Positions 32,301-44,936 of a DNA stretch of 64,000 bases are shown one piece after another. Position numbers and translations under genes: made by a program. Below the pieces are notes generated by a model. The model was not told the origin of the DNA. It ran no database searches and worked only from the letters and a program-made list of their open reading frames with translations. Location of the stretch: the NCBI GenBank assembly GCA_963785305.1, contig CAWAUV010000007.1:576001-640000 (forward strand), written 5' to 3'. This DNA comes from an uncultured Planctomycetaceae bacterium (GTDB taxonomy: Bacteria; Planctomycetota; Planctomycetia; Pirellulales; PALSA-1355). The first letter of the stretch is position 1. Every line of letters starts with the position of its first letter.

Positions 32301-35300
32301 TCACGGTTGTACTTTCACGAAGAGGATCACCGGAGCGCCGCCGATTTTGATTTCAGTTCGCGAATTGCGGGATTCACCGGCCGGCGCGGCGGGGGAGCCA
32401 GGTGGAGCACTCGCCAGGGGCCCGACTTTGAAGTCCCGGGCGAGCGTCTCACGTCGGATTTCCTCGTCGAACTGTTTTGCCGCCGCGGCGATTTTGGCGT
32501 CGTCCGTGAAGAGCTTGAGCTCGATCCGGTCGATGTATTCGCAGCCGATCTCCTTGCGAACATTGGCCACGGCATGCACCAGCTCGCGGGCCAAGCCTTC
32601 GCGCTCGAGCTCGGCCGTGATTTCGGTCGAGAGCACCACCACACAGCCGGGGCCTTGCGCCGCCGCCCAGCCGGGCTTGGCTTGCAGTTGAATCCGCAGG
32701 TCGAGCTCGTCGAGCGTGATATCGCCGCCGGGCAGCGAGAGCGCGACCGATTTCTCGGCTTCGAGCTGGGCCAAGAGCGCCGCGGCGTCGGCCTGGGCCA
32801 GCGCGGCCTTAAGGGCCGGCAATTGCTTGCCGATCCGAGGACCGAGTCGTTTCAAATCGGGCAGCACCGTGTACGAAATATAGCGGTCGCGATCCTCGGT
32901 GTATTCGACCCCATGCACATTGAGCTCCTCGGCGATCAGGGCCCCTTGTGTTTCGAGCCAGGCAAGATCCTTGCGATCGGCCAGAATCACTTCGACTTTC
33001 GAGAGCGGCTGCCGCACCTTGAGCTTGGCGCCCACGCGAGCCGAGCGGCCGAGCGACACGATCTCGCGCACGAGGCGCATTTGCCGCGAGAGATTTTCCG
33101 CGCCGGCCTCCGCTTCGACCGGCCGGGGATAGTCGCACAGATGCACGCTCTCGACCACGCGCTCGGCGAAGATGGCGACCGCCAAATTTTGCCAGAGCGC
33201 GTCGGCCAGAAACGGCACGAAGGGCGCCACGAGCTTGCTCGTTTCGAGCAGGCATTCGTAGAGGGTCCAATAGGCGTCGAGCTTGGCGGCGCCGGTTTTG
33301 TCCTCGGCCCAAAAGCGGTCGCGGCTGCGGCGAACATACCAGTTGCTGAGCGCGTCGACGAATGTGGTGATGTGGCCGGCCGCTCCGTAGTTGTCGTAGG
33401 CGTCCATCCGCTCGACGACGCCGCGCGTGGTCCGCGCGAGCTCGGCGAGAATCCAGCGGTCGAGCTCGCCGCGCTGCTCCTTCGGCCGATAGCCGCGAGC
33501 TCCGACAAACGCATCGGGCGAAAGTTGTTCGAGCGCCGCCGAGGAGCCGCCCTGGGCAGCCGATGCATCGCCCAGCGCGGCGGCGGGGTCGAAGCCATCG
33601 ATCTGCGCATAGATCACGAAGAAGCTGTAGACATTCCACAGCCGCAGCAAAAACTCGGGAATGCTGTCTTTGATCGCCTGTTCGTTGTAGCGAATGCTGG
33701 TCCAGGGCGGCTGATTCGCGAACAGATACCAGCGGAGGGCGTCGGCGCCATAGCGATCGAAGATTTCGTTGGGCTCGCGATAGTTTCGCTTGCTCTTCGA
33801 CATCTTCTGGCCATCTTCGCCCAGCATGAGCCCGAGCACGATGCAATTGCGAAACGGATGTGGGAAGGGCTGGACGGGCAAATCGGTGGTCAAGGGTCCG
33901 GCGGCATTTTCTTCCGCCGCGCCGCCATTGCTTGCCTCGCCGACCTCGCTTGCCGCGCCGCCGAAGAGCAGGGTGCTGATCGCGAGCTGGCTATAGAACC
34001 AGCCGCGTGTCTGGTCGATCGCCTCGCTGATGAAATCGGCCGGAAACTGTTCGGCGAATTGCTCGCGGCCCGCGAGCGGATAACCCCACTGGGCAAACGG
34101 CATCGCGCCCGAGTCGTACCAACAGTCGATCACCTCGGTGACGCGACGCATGCGGGCGCCGGGGGCGAAGGGCGAATCGTAGGTCACGGCGTCGATATAG
34201 GGCTTATGCACCTTGAGATGCTCGGCCAGCTCGGGCCGAGCCTTTTTCGCCGCGGCCCACACTTCGGTTCCGCTCGCGCCGGGCTTGGCGAGCAGTGCGG
34301 CGTAGCTGGCCACGGCTTCCATGCGGCCGGTGGTTTCACACTTCCAGATCGGCAGCGGCGTGCCCCAGTAGCGCTCGCGGCTGAGGGCCCAGTCGACATT
34401 GCTTTCCAGAAAATTGCCGAAGCGGCCGTCCTTGATATGTTCGGGCAGCCAATTGATCCTCGCGTTGTTGGCGAGCATGCGATCCTTGAATTGGCTGGTG
34501 CGCACAAACCAGCTTTCGCGCGGGTACTGGATCAGCGGATCTTCCTCGGCTCGCCAGCAAAACGGGTACTCATGCAGATACTGCTCCTGATGATAGAGCA
34601 GCCCCCGGCGCCGCAGTTCGCGGGCAATGTCCTTGTCGGCCTCTTTCACCCACCGGCCTTGATAGTCGGGCGCCTCGGCCGTGAATTTGCCATCGGGCCC
34701 CACGGCGCAGATCAACTCCGGGCGCGGTCCCTCGGCGGCGAACCGCGCCTGTTCGGCCTGGAGCACTTGATAGTCGACTTCGCCAAAGGCCGGCGCCTGA
34801 TGCACGACGCCCGAGCCGCTGTCGACGGTGACGAAATCCGCCGGCACGACGCGCCAGGCAAGCTGCTGGGTCTCGCCGTCGGCGCCTTCGGCCGCGGACA
34901 TTGCCCGCAAGTCGCCGCGCAGGTGGCCCGCGATTCCGGTGGGAGTGTAGGCCCGATCGACCGGCTGGGCGAAGTAATAATCAAACGGCGGTCGATAGGC
35001 GAGGCCCATGAGCTCGGCGCCTTTGAGCGCGCGGGCCACGGTGAGCGGCCGGCCGGTCTTGGCGGCGATGGTCTCGACCAAGGCGGCGGCGACGATGAGC
35101 CAGCGCGATTGTTCGGCATCGTGGGCGAGCGCGTAGTCGAGCTCCGGATGCACGGCGGCGAACTGATTGCTCGGCAGGGTCCAGGGAGTGGTGGTCCAGA
35201 CGAGCAGGCTCGTGTCTTTCGGCAGTTCAAGCTTCGCGGCCCGCGGGCTCGGCTCGATCTCGAAGCGCACATATACGCTCGGGTCGGCCACTTCACGATA

Positions 35301-35891
35301 GCCTTGGCCCACTTCGCCGGCGCTCAGGGCGGTGCCACCCTGGGCCCACCACCAAACGATCTTGTGGCCTTGGTAGAGCAGTCCGCGGTCGAAGAATGTC
35401 TTGAGCGACCACCACACGCTCTCGACATAGGACTGATGATAGGTGACATAGGCGTCGGCCAGATTGACCCAAAACCCCAGCCGCTCGGTGAGCCGCTCCC
35501 ACTGCCGGGTATAGCGAAACACGCTCTCTTGGCACTTGTGGATAAACGGCTCGATGCCGTAGGCCTCGATCTCTTCCTTCGAGTGGATGCCCAGTTCCTT
35601 GCAAACCTCGACCTCGACCGGCAAGCCGTGCGTGTCCCAGCCGGCCTTGCGCTCGCAGAGGTAACCGCGCATCGTGCGGTAGCGCGGGAAGACGTCTTTA
35701 ATGGCCCGGGTAAGGCAGTGGCCGGGGTGCGGCAGGCCGTTGGCCGTGGGCGGGCCTTCGTAGAAAACGAAGCGGGGACCGCCCTGGCGGCGGGCAAGGG
35801 ACTGCTCGTAAATGCGGCGCTCACGCCAAAACGCGCCGACGCGGGCCTCGAGTTCCGGGAATTGAACCGAACTGGGAACAGGATCGAACAT
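32301..35891 (-). CDS. ileS: Isoleucine--tRNA ligase (type 2)
   Basis: [67 protein letters not shown]. Confidence 0.96.
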   Translation of the reverse strand: MFDPVPSSVQFPELEARVGAFWRERRIYEQSLARRQGGPRFVFYEGPPTANGLPHPGHCLTRAIKDVFPRYRTMRGYLCERKAGWDTHGLPVEVEVCKELGIHSKEEIEAYGIEPFIHKCQESVFRYTRQWERLTERLGFWVNLADAYVTYHQSYVESVWWSLKTFFDRGLLYQGHKIVWWWAQGGTALSAGEVGQGYREVADPSVYVRFEIEPSPRAAKLELPKDTSLLVWTTTPWTLPSNQFAAVHPELDYALAHDAEQSRWLIVAAALVETIAAKTGRPLTVARALKGAELMGLAYRPPFDYYFAQPVDRAYTPTGIAGHLRGDLRAMSAAEGADGETQQLAWRVVPADFVTVDSGSGVVHQAPAFGEVDYQVLQAEQARFAAEGPRPELICAVGPDGKFTAEAPDYQGRWVKEADKDIARELRRRGLLYHQEQYLHEYPFCWRAEEDPLIQYPRESWFVRTSQFKDRMLANNARINWLPEHIKDGRFGNFLESNVDWALSRERYWGTPLPIWKCETTGRMEAVASYAALLAKPGASGTEVWAAAKKARPELAEHLKVHKPYIDAVTYDSPFAPGARMRRVTEVIDCWYDSGAMPFAQWGYPLAGREQFAEQFPADFISEAIDQTRGWFYSQLAISTLLFGGAASEVGEASNGGAAEENAAGPLTTDLPVQPFPHPFRNCIVLGLMLGEDGQKMSKSKRNYREPNEIFDRYGADALRWYLFANQPPWTSIRYNEQAIKDSIPEFLLRLWNVYSFFVIYAQIDGFDPAAALGDASAAQGGSSAALEQLSPDAFVGARGYRPKEQRGELDRWILAELARTTRGVVERMDAYDNYGAAGHITTFVDALSNWYVRRSRDRFWAEDKTGAAKLDAYWTLYECLLETSKLVAPFVPFLADALWQNLAVAIFAERVVESVHLCDYPRPVEAEAGAENLSRQMRLVREIVSLGRSARVGAKLKVRQPLSKVEVILADRKDLAWLETQGALIAEELNVHGVEYTEDRDRYISYTVLPDLKRLGPRIGKQLPALKAALAQADAAALLAQLEAEKSVALSLPGGDITLDELDLRIQLQAKPGWAAAQGPGCVVVLSTEITAELEREGLARELVHAVANVRKEIGCEYIDRIELKLFTDDAKIAAAAKQFDEEIRRETLARDFKVGPLASAPPGSPAAPAGESRNSRTEIKIGGAPVILFVKVQP

Positions 35892-36162
35892 CGCGGAAAT
35901 CTCGACAGCGGAGCAACGAATCGCAAAGCGAAAGTAAAGCACGCCCGAAGGGACTTTTCAATCGCTATTGATCCCGCCGCTCTTCTTCGTGTTCCGTGTC
36001 TTCGTGTCTTCGCGGCCTACTCTTCTGGTCTCTTCGTTTTCGCGAGGGAGCGGAAAAAGTGGACCTCAACGACAATCAAGACTCAAGGAAGCGGTCAGAA
36101 AACGATGCCGAGGTTGGCGCTTTTCAACTCGTTGCGCGAGTTCAGTTGGTGGCGCGCAAAGC

Positions 36163-38232
36163 CTATTTGCTGGCGGATTGCGGGGCGGCGTGAGCGGCGT
36201 CGTAGGTGGCTTTCTCGGCCGCGATCCGCTCGTGGGCGGCTTTGGCCTGGGCCAGCGATTCCTCGGCCTGCTTGTCGGCCGCGGTGGGCGCCGCCATTGC
36301 CTGCTCGGCCGCGGTCTTGGCTGCCGCAAGTCCGGCGAGCGGGGCTTCGGCCGCCGCCACGGACTTGGCGGCGCTCGCCACCGAGGCGATCAGCGCCGGC
36401 AGACTCGCGGCAAGCGACTGCTTCTCAGCGGCGGCTTTATCCAATTCCATTTGGCGATCGATCACGGCTTGGTTCAAACTCGGATCGTTCGAGCCGGCGG
36501 CTTCGGCCGTGGTTTTGGCCATGGCTAAGCGATCGCTCGACGATTTTTCCTCGGCCTCTTTTTGGGCGAGCGCCGCTTTGGCGGTTTGCTCGTCGGCGGT
36601 CGCTTTTTGCACGGCGGCTCGCGCGGCGTTCGAAGCGTCATTGACGGCGGCGAGCGCGCGGGTTTTTTCTTCGACTGCGGCTTTCGCCGCGGCGAGCGCG
36701 GCGGCGGTTTCCTCTCGGCGCTTCGCGGCGGCGGCCAACTCCGCGGCGGCGGCGGCGGCCCGCTCCGCCAGCGTCGGCGGATTCGTCGAGAGCGAGGCGA
36801 CTCGCGCGCCATCGGCGGTCGACCAAAGACGCACATCGCCCAGCCAATCGCCGCCGGCCACGCGCGCGCTGTCGTGGGTCACGGCGACGCGGAGTCCGAT
36901 ATCGCCCAGCGCCTCGAAGGCGCGGGTCTGGGCGCCGTTGCCGTCCCAGAGCTTGACCGACTTGTCGCGGCCGGTCGAGGCCAAGCGTCCATCGGGAGCG
37001 AACCGCACACTCGCGACGCCGCCGGAATGCGCGTTCCAACTTTTGACTTGCGAGCCGTTTTCCATTTCCCAAAGTTTGATCGTGCCGTCTTCGCTGCCGG
37101 TGGCCAAGAGGTTTGAATCGAGTCGCCAACTCACGTCGGTCACGGCGCCTTTGTGGCCGGCGAGGTTTTGAAATTCGCGGCCGGTCCGCGACTCCCACGC
37201 GAAGACACCGCCGGCGCGATCGGCCGTGGCCAGGAGCACGCCATCGGGGCTGAACTCGACGGCGTGGATCCAATCGGTATGTTTGCGGATTTCTTGAGCC
37301 ACGGCGCCATCGGCGGTGGAGTAGATGCGAACGACTTTGCTGGGGCCGCCCAGGGCAATGAGCGAATTGCTTTCGTTGATATCGGCGGCCAACACGGCGT
37401 CGAGCTCGTCGCCGACTTCGAACACGCGTTTGCCGTCGCGCACATCGAACACCACGACCCGGCCCGCCCGAGCGCCTTGCCCGCCGCCGGCGAGCAGCAG
37501 CGCGCCGCTGCGATTGAACTTGAGCACGAAGGGAATGCCCTCGGGAAACGGCAACACGCCCAGGAGCTCGGCCGTGTCGCTGTTGTAGAGCAGCACTTGC
37601 TTTTGGCCCGCGATGGCAATCAGCGGCGCCCAGGGACTGGCGGCCATGGCCGTGACGGCGCCGGGACGAGCGGCCTTGACCACCGGCTCGCGCCATAGCC
37701 CGCTGGGCATGATCGGCGCGCCGGCCGGCTTGCCCGCCCCGGCCGAAGCGCCGAGGTCGATCGTGGCCTTCTTGATCTTCGCCACCGAGCCCGAGTTTTC
37801 GAGCGCGCCGCCGATAAGCCAGTTCTTGATGGTTTGTAGTTTGGCCGCGGGCAGCTTGTCTTGCTCGGGCGGCATCTTGGGTTCGTCGGCGTGGTTTACC
37901 AGCACCCACAGTCGCGAACCGTCGGCATTGCCGGCCGCGACGACCTCGCCGCTCGAACCACCGCGGAGCATCGCCGCGTAGCTATCGAGCGCCAAGTCGC
38001 CTTTCTTGGCGTCTTGGTTGTGGCAACTCAAGCAGTGCTCGCGAAAGATGGGGCGGACATGCTCGTCGTAGGTGATTTTGGCGGGCGCGGTCGATGAATC
38101 CGCCGCTTCGGCGGCGCGGAGCGGCGCCGGCCCCGCGGCCAGCGCGAGTCCTAGAAGCCCGAGGGCAATGCCACTTGCCGCCCGGCCGTGCGGGAGTCTC
38201 AAAAACGCGGGATTGTCTAGCGCACGGTTCAT
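36163..38232 (-). CDS. Planctomycete cytochrome c domain + WD40 repeats + C-terminal coiled coil
   Basis: Signal peptide, PIFREHCLSCH heme motif, HTDWIHAVEFSPDG / GHKGAVTDVSW / DGTIKLWE repeats, Ala-rich tail. Confidence 0.9.
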   Translation of the reverse strand: MNRALDNPAFLRLPHGRAASGIALGLLGLALAAGPAPLRAAEAADSSTAPAKITYDEHVRPIFREHCLSCHNQDAKKGDLALDSYAAMLRGGSSGEVVAAGNADGSRLWVLVNHADEPKMPPEQDKLPAAKLQTIKNWLIGGALENSGSVAKIKKATIDLGASAGAGKPAGAPIMPSGLWREPVVKAARPGAVTAMAASPWAPLIAIAGQKQVLLYNSDTAELLGVLPFPEGIPFVLKFNRSGALLLAGGGQGARAGRVVVFDVRDGKRVFEVGDELDAVLAADINESNSLIALGGPSKVVRIYSTADGAVAQEIRKHTDWIHAVEFSPDGVLLATADRAGGVFAWESRTGREFQNLAGHKGAVTDVSWRLDSNLLATGSEDGTIKLWEMENGSQVKSWNAHSGGVASVRFAPDGRLASTGRDKSVKLWDGNGAQTRAFEALGDIGLRVAVTHDSARVAGGDWLGDVRLWSTADGARVASLSTNPPTLAERAAAAAAELAAAAKRREETAAALAAAKAAVEEKTRALAAVNDASNAARAAVQKATADEQTAKAALAQKEAEEKSSSDRLAMAKTTAEAAGSNDPSLNQAVIDRQMELDKAAAEKQSLAASLPALIASVASAAKSVAAAEAPLAGLAAAKTAAEQAMAAPTAADKQAEESLAQAKAAHERIAAEKATYDAAHAAPQSASK

Positions 38233-38287
38233 GGTTCGCCGCCAAGAGGTTGCCAAGCGCCGCGGGGGAAACGACGGCGCCAAGGGG

Positions 38288-40757
38288 TCAATGATTGAAC
38301 ACGAATTCGCGTGAATTCAAGATCGCCCAAAACACATCGCCGAGCGCGGTCCGCGCATTGCCATCGGCGGCGACCAAGCCTTCGAGTCGTCCCAGTTCGT
38401 CGGTCGTGGGTTTGCGCGATAGACAGCGAATGTACAGATTCTCGACCACTTGGGCCGGGGTCTGCTTGTCGGCTAGCAGGCGCTGGATCACGGCGCCTTT
38501 TTCGATCTTGCGTTCGACCGTCGTGCCGTTGAGCAAATGCAGGGCCTGCGAAAGCGTGGGATCGGTGCTGGCCTCGCAAGCACACACGGTCTCGCGCTTC
38601 GAGCGGCCGAACGTGTTGAGGAAATACGTGCCGCGGACTCCATTGGCGATTTGAACCGCCCGCGCCCCCAGCGGCAGGCCGGGGAACTTTTCCGGCGCTT
38701 CGGTCACTTGGCTATAACAGTCGAGCAGGCTCTCGGCTGGAATACGGCGAATGCGTCCGTGGGCGAAGTTCTTTTCGTCCTCGGCGTTGCTGGCATTGCG
38801 GTCGGTGGATCGCTGGTAAGCGCGTGAATTGCAAATATCGCGCACCAAGTGTTTGAAGTCGTAGCGATATTCGGTGAGTTTCTTGCCGAGCGTGGTGAAG
38901 AGCGCGGCGTTGCTGGGCGGATTGCTGACCCGCATGTCATCGACCGGCTCGACGATGCCGACGCCCAAGAAGTGCGCCCAAACCCGATTCGCGATGCTCG
39001 ACGCGAAGTAGGGATTATCCGGCGAGGTAAGCCATTCGGCCAGCACCACGCGGCGATCCTTGCCGTTGGTTTCGGGCGCGGCGCCGCCCAAGAACTTGGG
39101 CGCCATTTTCCTCCCGCCCACGGGATGGCTCACTTCGCCGCCGCCGGAATTGAAGATGATCTGCTCGCGCGGGTCCTCACCCGGCTTGCGACCGATCTGC
39201 GAGAAGAAGGCCGCGAAGCTGTAGTAATCGTCCATCGTCCAGCGATCGAACGGATGGTTGTGGCACTGGGCACATTGGATGCGAATGCCCATGAACACCT
39301 GGGCCACGTTTTCCGCCGTTTTGAGCGTGGCCCGCTCGATCTGGTAATAATTGGTCGCCGGGGTCTTGAACGTTCCGCCGCTGGCGCCCAGCAGCTCGCG
39401 CACCATTTGGTCGAGCGGGACATTGTTCGAGATTTGGTTGGTGAGCCAATTGGCGTAGAGATAGGCCGATTTTTCGCTCACGTTGTTATCGCTCTTGATC
39501 ATCAAGAGATCGGACCACTTGCTGGCCCAGATTTCGGAAAACTCCTTGCGCTCGAGCAGTCGGTCGACGAGCGCGGCGCGCTTGGCCGGGTTCGGATCGC
39601 TCATGAACGCGTTGTACTCGTCGATCGTGGGCAGCAGGCCGGTGATGTCGATCGTGACGCGGCGCAGAAACGTCGCGTCGTTGCACTGGCCGCTCGGCTC
39701 GATCCGCAAATCGCGTAGCTTCGCGTCGACCAGTTCGTCGATGTAATTGACCGGCGCGGCGCCGGAGGGCGAATAGGGCACGTCTTTCGGCAACACAATC
39801 ACCTGGCTGCCCACGGTGAAGGTCGAGAACCGCGCCATCACAAACGCCTCGCCGCGAGCCGCCGCGGTCACGAGTCCATCGGGCCGGATCGGGGCCGAGT
39901 TGTCGTTGTTCGTCAGGAACACGGCCAGATTCGTCACATCGCGGTCCGAGCCATCGGAATAGCGAGCCCGCACCGAGAATTGTTGCGTGGCGCCCTGGCC
40001 CTCGAGCACCGCGCGGGGCGGATAGATTTCCACATCCACGACCTTGGCCACGTTGTCCGCGTCGCTGCGGCGCGCCGGCTTCGAGCCAATGCAAGAGCGT
40101 TTGATAATACTCGCTGTCGACGCTCATTCGCTTGCCGCCGGTGTGCGGGGCGAGTCCGATCGATTTTTCGAGAAACAAGCTCTCGCTGGGCACGGCGAGA
40201 TTGACGCGGCGGAAGCCTACTTCGCGCGTGATGCGATGATGATCGCCGACCGGGTCGTAGCCGAAGAGCGAAAGGTTGAAGCCGTCGTGGCCGCGCGCCG
40301 CGCCGTGGCAACTGCCGGTATTGCAGCCGGTTCGCATCAATACCGGTTCGACATCGAGCCGAAAACTAATCGGCGGCTCGTGGCCGGCGTCTTTCACCGC
40401 CACCGCCACTTGGGCCATCTGGCCGGCATGTTCCACCCGGAGCGTCGTCGCGCCATCGGCTAGGGGGACAAGCGTGTGACCATCGAGCCGCGCGGGGGCG
40501 GCGTCGGTCAGGCTGAACTTGGCCCGTGAAGTCACCTCCTCGGTCACGCCATCGGCCCGCGTGGCCACGACAATGAACGCCTGCCGGTCGGTTCGCGACG
40601 TGAGCTGACAATCCGGCGGATAGACCGCGATGGCGCTCACGGCCGAGTCGGCGCGAACAGCGGCGGCGGTGGTCAGCAAACCGATCGCCGACAGCGCCGC
40701 GAGCCAAGCGGGGCGCGACGAACCGAGGTCGAAACGAGCGCGGCGAAAGTCTCTCAT
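38288..40757 (-). CDS. DUF1549/DUF1553 protein with Ig-like domains (frameshift near 40068)
   Basis: [72 protein letters not shown]. Confidence 0.9.
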
Positions 40758-40918
40758 GATGAGGCGCCTTGTAATTGGCCGGAGGAATTCACGGGGGGGT
40801 GGGGCGAGGGTTTCATGCCGAGCATGCGGTCGCATGCGCGATGTCTTGCAAGCACAAGGGGCGGTCAGGCAGGGTGGTTCAGGAAGGATGGTTTAGCAGC
40901 GGGGAGCGTTTCGTCGGT

Positions 40919-43388
40919 TCACGGTTTGGGGGTATCGGCCGAGGTTGTGTTGGTCGCCGCCGTCGCGGCGGCTTGCCGTTCGAGTCGTAATTTTTCCAGG
41001 CGCGTCAGTCGTTTTTCGGCGGGGGGAGCGCTGGCGGGCGCGGCCGGCGAGTTTGCCGCCGCGGGCGCGGGGCGCCGGCCGCCACGGCGGGCAGCGGAGC
41101 ATCGATTCGCAGTTCGCCCGCCGGGAGGGCATGCGTCACCGGCTCGCCGTTGACCATGATCGTGCAGCGGCAAATCAGGGTCTTATGTCGACCCACGGGC
41201 GATTTGTCGGTCGTCTTGATCGCGAAGGCCAGTTCGGCGGTGTCTTTGGTGATCTCGCGCGGATCGGCCACGACTTCGTTGGGGGCGCCGAGCAGTTCGA
41301 CCTTGGCTGGCCCATCGAAATCTTTTTTCTTCTCGATCTTGATCGCCATGTCGACATTCTTGCCTTGCTCGACCGACGTGGCTTGCGGCTCGAAGGCGAG
41401 GTAGGGCGCGGCGACTTCGAGCTTGGCGAGCTGCGACGAAACGAGCACCGGCCCATCGCCCACGGTCGCGTCGGCCGTCACCGCCACCGGCCAGATTTTC
41501 AGTTCCGAGCCACCGCCCGCCGTGAGCGGCACGAGCGCTTCGGTTTGCCCTTCGCCGATGGTAACGCCGCCCGAGCCGATGCCCGGCGGATTGTAAAGCA
41601 TGTGCAAGTTGATCGGCGCCGTGAAGCCGTTTTGGCGAGTGGCGACGATCTTGAGATTCATCGAGCCGCCTTGCACCAGCGGGGCCTTGGGCTCGATAAT
41701 GTCGATCTTGAACGGGGCGGCTTGTGTCACGGCCAAGGTGGCCCGTCGGGCGACATAGCCCCACATATCGCTATTGTTCTGTCCGCGCACCAACATAGTG
41801 CGCTGAATAAAATCGCTCGCCGCCGGCGGGGAGTCGCCCTCGCGGCGAATGCCCACGATATCGATCAGGCCGGCATTCAGTCCCGCGCCCTCGGCCGCCG
41901 ACAACACCAGCGGAACTTCGTTGCGATTGTTCGCCATTTCCACCGTCTCGGCGCTCACGCCGCCCGGCAGGTCCTTGACCTCGAATCGGAGGTCGCCGCC
42001 GAAGTCGGCGCGTTTGGCCGTGACCATCACGGCGGCGCGACCGTTTTGCGGCACGCTGATCGTGGTGTCGACATACTGAGCGCGCTCTTGCAGGCCGAGC
42101 GTGACCGCCGGCGTGGGCGGCGTCAATTCAATGCGATAGGCGTAGTCGGCGCCGCCTTGATGCAAGTGATCGCGGATCGAGACCACGTAGTCTCCGTCTT
42201 CGGGCGCCGTAAAACGCATCTGGCTATCCGGGCCGCCCGTGTCGTCGTTGCCGGAGATATGTCCACCGGCGGCCTTGAAGATATCGAGCACGGCGTCGAG
42301 CGGCGAACCGAGCGAGCGGGCATGCACCCGCACGTCGAGTTGCTGGCCTTTCGTCGCGTGGAACTTGAAGAAGTCGACATCGCCGGCCGCCGCGATCACG
42401 CCGTTGCAAGCGATCGGCAGTGTGTCGCACGGGTTGGCCGAGGCGGGGTCGTTGTTTGGCTCGGCCTCGATCACGTTGCCGAAATCCACGAGCCGAAACG
42501 GCAGGCCGCTCGGAGCGACGCCATGTTCATCTCGCGGCATGAGATGAAAATCCGCGACATGGGCCGCCGGCAGCGTGATCGACTCAACGCGCTCCCCGCT
42601 CAAATCGCCCAGCCAGCGCACCGAGAGTGTTTCACCGGGCCGGCCGCCCGAGGGAACCACGGCCGTGGGCCTGGGGAAACGACCGACATGCAGTCGGTAG
42701 GTCGAGGCGTCGTTGCCATCGTACGAGCTTTCTCGCACCTGGATCACATACACGCCATCTTCCGGCGCGATCAGCGACACCACGCCGTCTTGCTTCAGCA
42801 GCGCCGAGTCGTCGGCCCGGCCGAGCTCGAAGCGGCCGGTGTTGTAGATCGCCACATAGGGATCGAATAGCGTGTAGCCGAGCCGCAGGCCCTCGATCTC
42901 GGCGGTGATGCGTTCGCCCTTCTTGGCTTCGATCGCGAAGTAGTCGACATCTTCGTTCTTCACCACGCCGCTCACGGTCATGTCGAGCCCGATCTTTTGC
43001 GGCTGGGCAAAATCATCGTTCGGCTCGACTTCGGCCACTTCGGGCAATGCGCCCACGCTGAAAGTGTGCAGATTCGTGATGCCGGTCGCGGTGCGGATGC
43101 GCAGCCCGTGCATGCCCAATCGGCAATCCGGGGCGATCGCTATCCGCGCCTTGACGAATTCGCCTTGCGCTTCGAGCGAGAGCACCGAGATGCCGGGCTC
43201 ATGGAAAATGATCTGCTGCGCATCGCCCAGTCGCGCCCTCGAGCCGTAGTTCATGTTCGGCGCCGCGTTGCGCCAACGGGAATGATTCGCTTGAGTTGCG
43301 GATCGGCGGCCTGGAGGAGTTGCCCCTCGGAAAGCGCGCCAGCCCCAAGGGCCAGCGCAATGCCCAGCAACCAATGTCGAGCGAACAT
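40919..43388 (-). CDS. PPC (pre-peptidase C-terminal) domain exported protein (frameshifts near 43270-43235 and 41070)
   Basis: Signal peptide MFARHWLLGIALALG, EVEPND/EAEPNN, DVDYF/DVDFFKF, C-terminal LTRLEKLR. Confidence 0.82.
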
Positions 43389-43507
43389 GGCAAATGCCCC
43401 CAAAACGGCGCACGTGCCTCGAAAATGCGAAACAAACCTGACTTCCAGCAAGCTAGTGCTTTGTCGCGGCTGAAATGATAGGTAACCCCGTGTGCCCGTT
43501 TGCCCGT

Positions 43508-43589
43508 GTGCCATGCCCACGCTTGCGTGGGCATGTTTTCAAGCACAACGCACGCCCCTCATGCCCACGCGGGGCCGGGGGCATGGCGC
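43508..43589. repeat. REP-like palindrome doublet (family B)
   Basis: GTGCCATGCCCACGCTTGCGTGGGCATG and inverted partner CATGCCCACGCGGGGCCGGGGGCATGGCGC between co-directional genes. Confidence 0.75.
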
Positions 43590-43631
43590 CACGGAACCAA
43601 TCCAACCCGTCATTTCGATTGTGACGATGCA

Positions 43632-44936
43632 CTACATTAGCAGTTCCTTCCGCACCTTGCCGCCATCGACGATTTCGATCGGCCGATTGCCCGGCGCCAT
43701 CAATTCCTTGTCGGCCACGATGCCCAATTGATGGTACACGGTGGTGGCCAAGTCGGCCGGACCAACTTCGTCGCGGTCGGGCTCCGAGGCGATCGAGTTC
43801 GAGGCGCCGTGGATGAGGCCCTCCTTCACGCCGCCGCCGGCCAGCACCACGCTAAACACCTTGGGCCAGTGGTCGCGGCCCGAGTCCTTGTTGATCTTGG
43901 GCGTGCGGCCGAATTCGCTCGACACCATGACGAGCGTTTCCTTGAGCATGCCGCTACGGTCGAGATCGCGGATCAGCGTGGCAAACGCTTGATCGAAGTG
44001 CGGCATCTGCTTCCGCATGCCGTCGGCCACCTTGGCGTGCATGTCCCAGCCGCCGAACGTGAGCGACACGAAACGCACCCCGGCGCCGACCAGCCGCCGC
44101 GCCATCAACATGCGCTGCCCGGCGTCGTGGCGGCCATATTCGTCGCGCAGCGCGTCGCTCTCGGCTTCGATATTAAACGCCTCGCGAGCCGAACTCGAAC
44201 TAATCAGACTGAAAGCGCGTTGATAGAAGGTATCCATCGCGGCCACGGCGTCGGACTTCTCGGTCTTGGCGAAGTGATCGTTGACCGCCTCGAGCGCCGA
44301 GCGACGCCGATCGAAACGCGCGTTGTCGATGCCCGGCCCAAGGCTCAAGTCGCGAACCTTGAAGCCCTTGTTCGCCGGATCGGAGCCCAGGCTAAAAGGA
44401 CCATACGACGAGCTCAAGAAGCCCGGCCCGGCGAATTCGTTGGGCTGGTTGGGCACGCACACATAGGGCGGCAGATCATTGCGCGGGCCATATTCATGGC
44501 TCACGATGCTGCCCATGCTCGGGAAGGTGAGCGCCGGGCTGGGGCGATAGCCTGTGAACATGTTGTGCGTGCCGCGCTCGTGGGCCGCCTCGCCGTGCGA
44601 CATCGAGCGAATCACCGTGATCTTGTCGGAGATTTGCGCCGTTTGCGGCAGCGTCTCGCAAAACACCTCGCCCGGCGTCTTGGTGGCGATGGTCTTCAAC
44701 TCGCCACGATATTCCAGCGGAGCGTAGGGCTTCGGGTCGAACGACTCTTGATGCGCCATGCCGCCCGGCAGAAAAATGTGAATCACGCTCTTGGCCTTGG
44801 CCTCGATGAAGTCGTAGTTCTTCTGCTCGGCGCGGGCCTCGCGCATGCGGAAATAATCGCCCAGCGTAAGGCCGACTCCGGTCACGGCCCCGACAGTCAG
44901 AAAACTACGACGGCTAAACGCGGGTCGAGTGCGCAT
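43632..44936 (-). CDS. DUF1501 domain protein with Tat-like leader
   Basis: SRRSFL, SVIHIFLPGG..HQESFDPKP, LMARRLV.AGVRFV, GWDMH, EFGRTPKIN, GRDHW. Confidence 0.92.
   Translation of the reverse strand: MRTRPAFSRRSFLTVGAVTGVGLTLGDYFRMREARAEQKNYDFIEAKAKSVIHIFLPGGMAHQESFDPKPYAPLEYRGELKTIATKTPGEVFCETLPQTAQISDKITVIRSMSHGEAAHERGTHNMFTGYRPSPALTFPSMGSIVSHEYGPRNDLPPYVCVPNQPNEFAGPGFLSSSYGPFSLGSDPANKGFKVRDLSLGPGIDNARFDRRRSALEAVNDHFAKTEKSDAVAAMDTFYQRAFSLISSSSAREAFNIEAESDALRDEYGRHDAGQRMLMARRLVGAGVRFVSLTFGGWDMHAKVADGMRKQMPHFDQAFATLIRDLDRSGMLKETLVMVSSEFGRTPKINKDSGRDHWPKVFSVVLAGGGVKEGLIHGASNSIASEPDRDEVGPADLATTVYHQLGIVADKELMAPGNRPIEIVDGGKVRKELLM

Noticed and set aside
29933..32691. Long ORFs (564-648 aa) across the repeat array as real genes
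   Set aside because: They follow from a stop-free 39-bp unit, overlap purN or the methyltransferase, and lack clear starts or RBS.
32307..36644. 1445-aa ORF antisense to ileS and similar shadow ORFs (2203..4017, 40945..42870, 43728..45332, 45201..46709)
   Set aside because: Typical antisense ORFs of high-GC coding sequence; the opposite strand carries the recognisable motifs.
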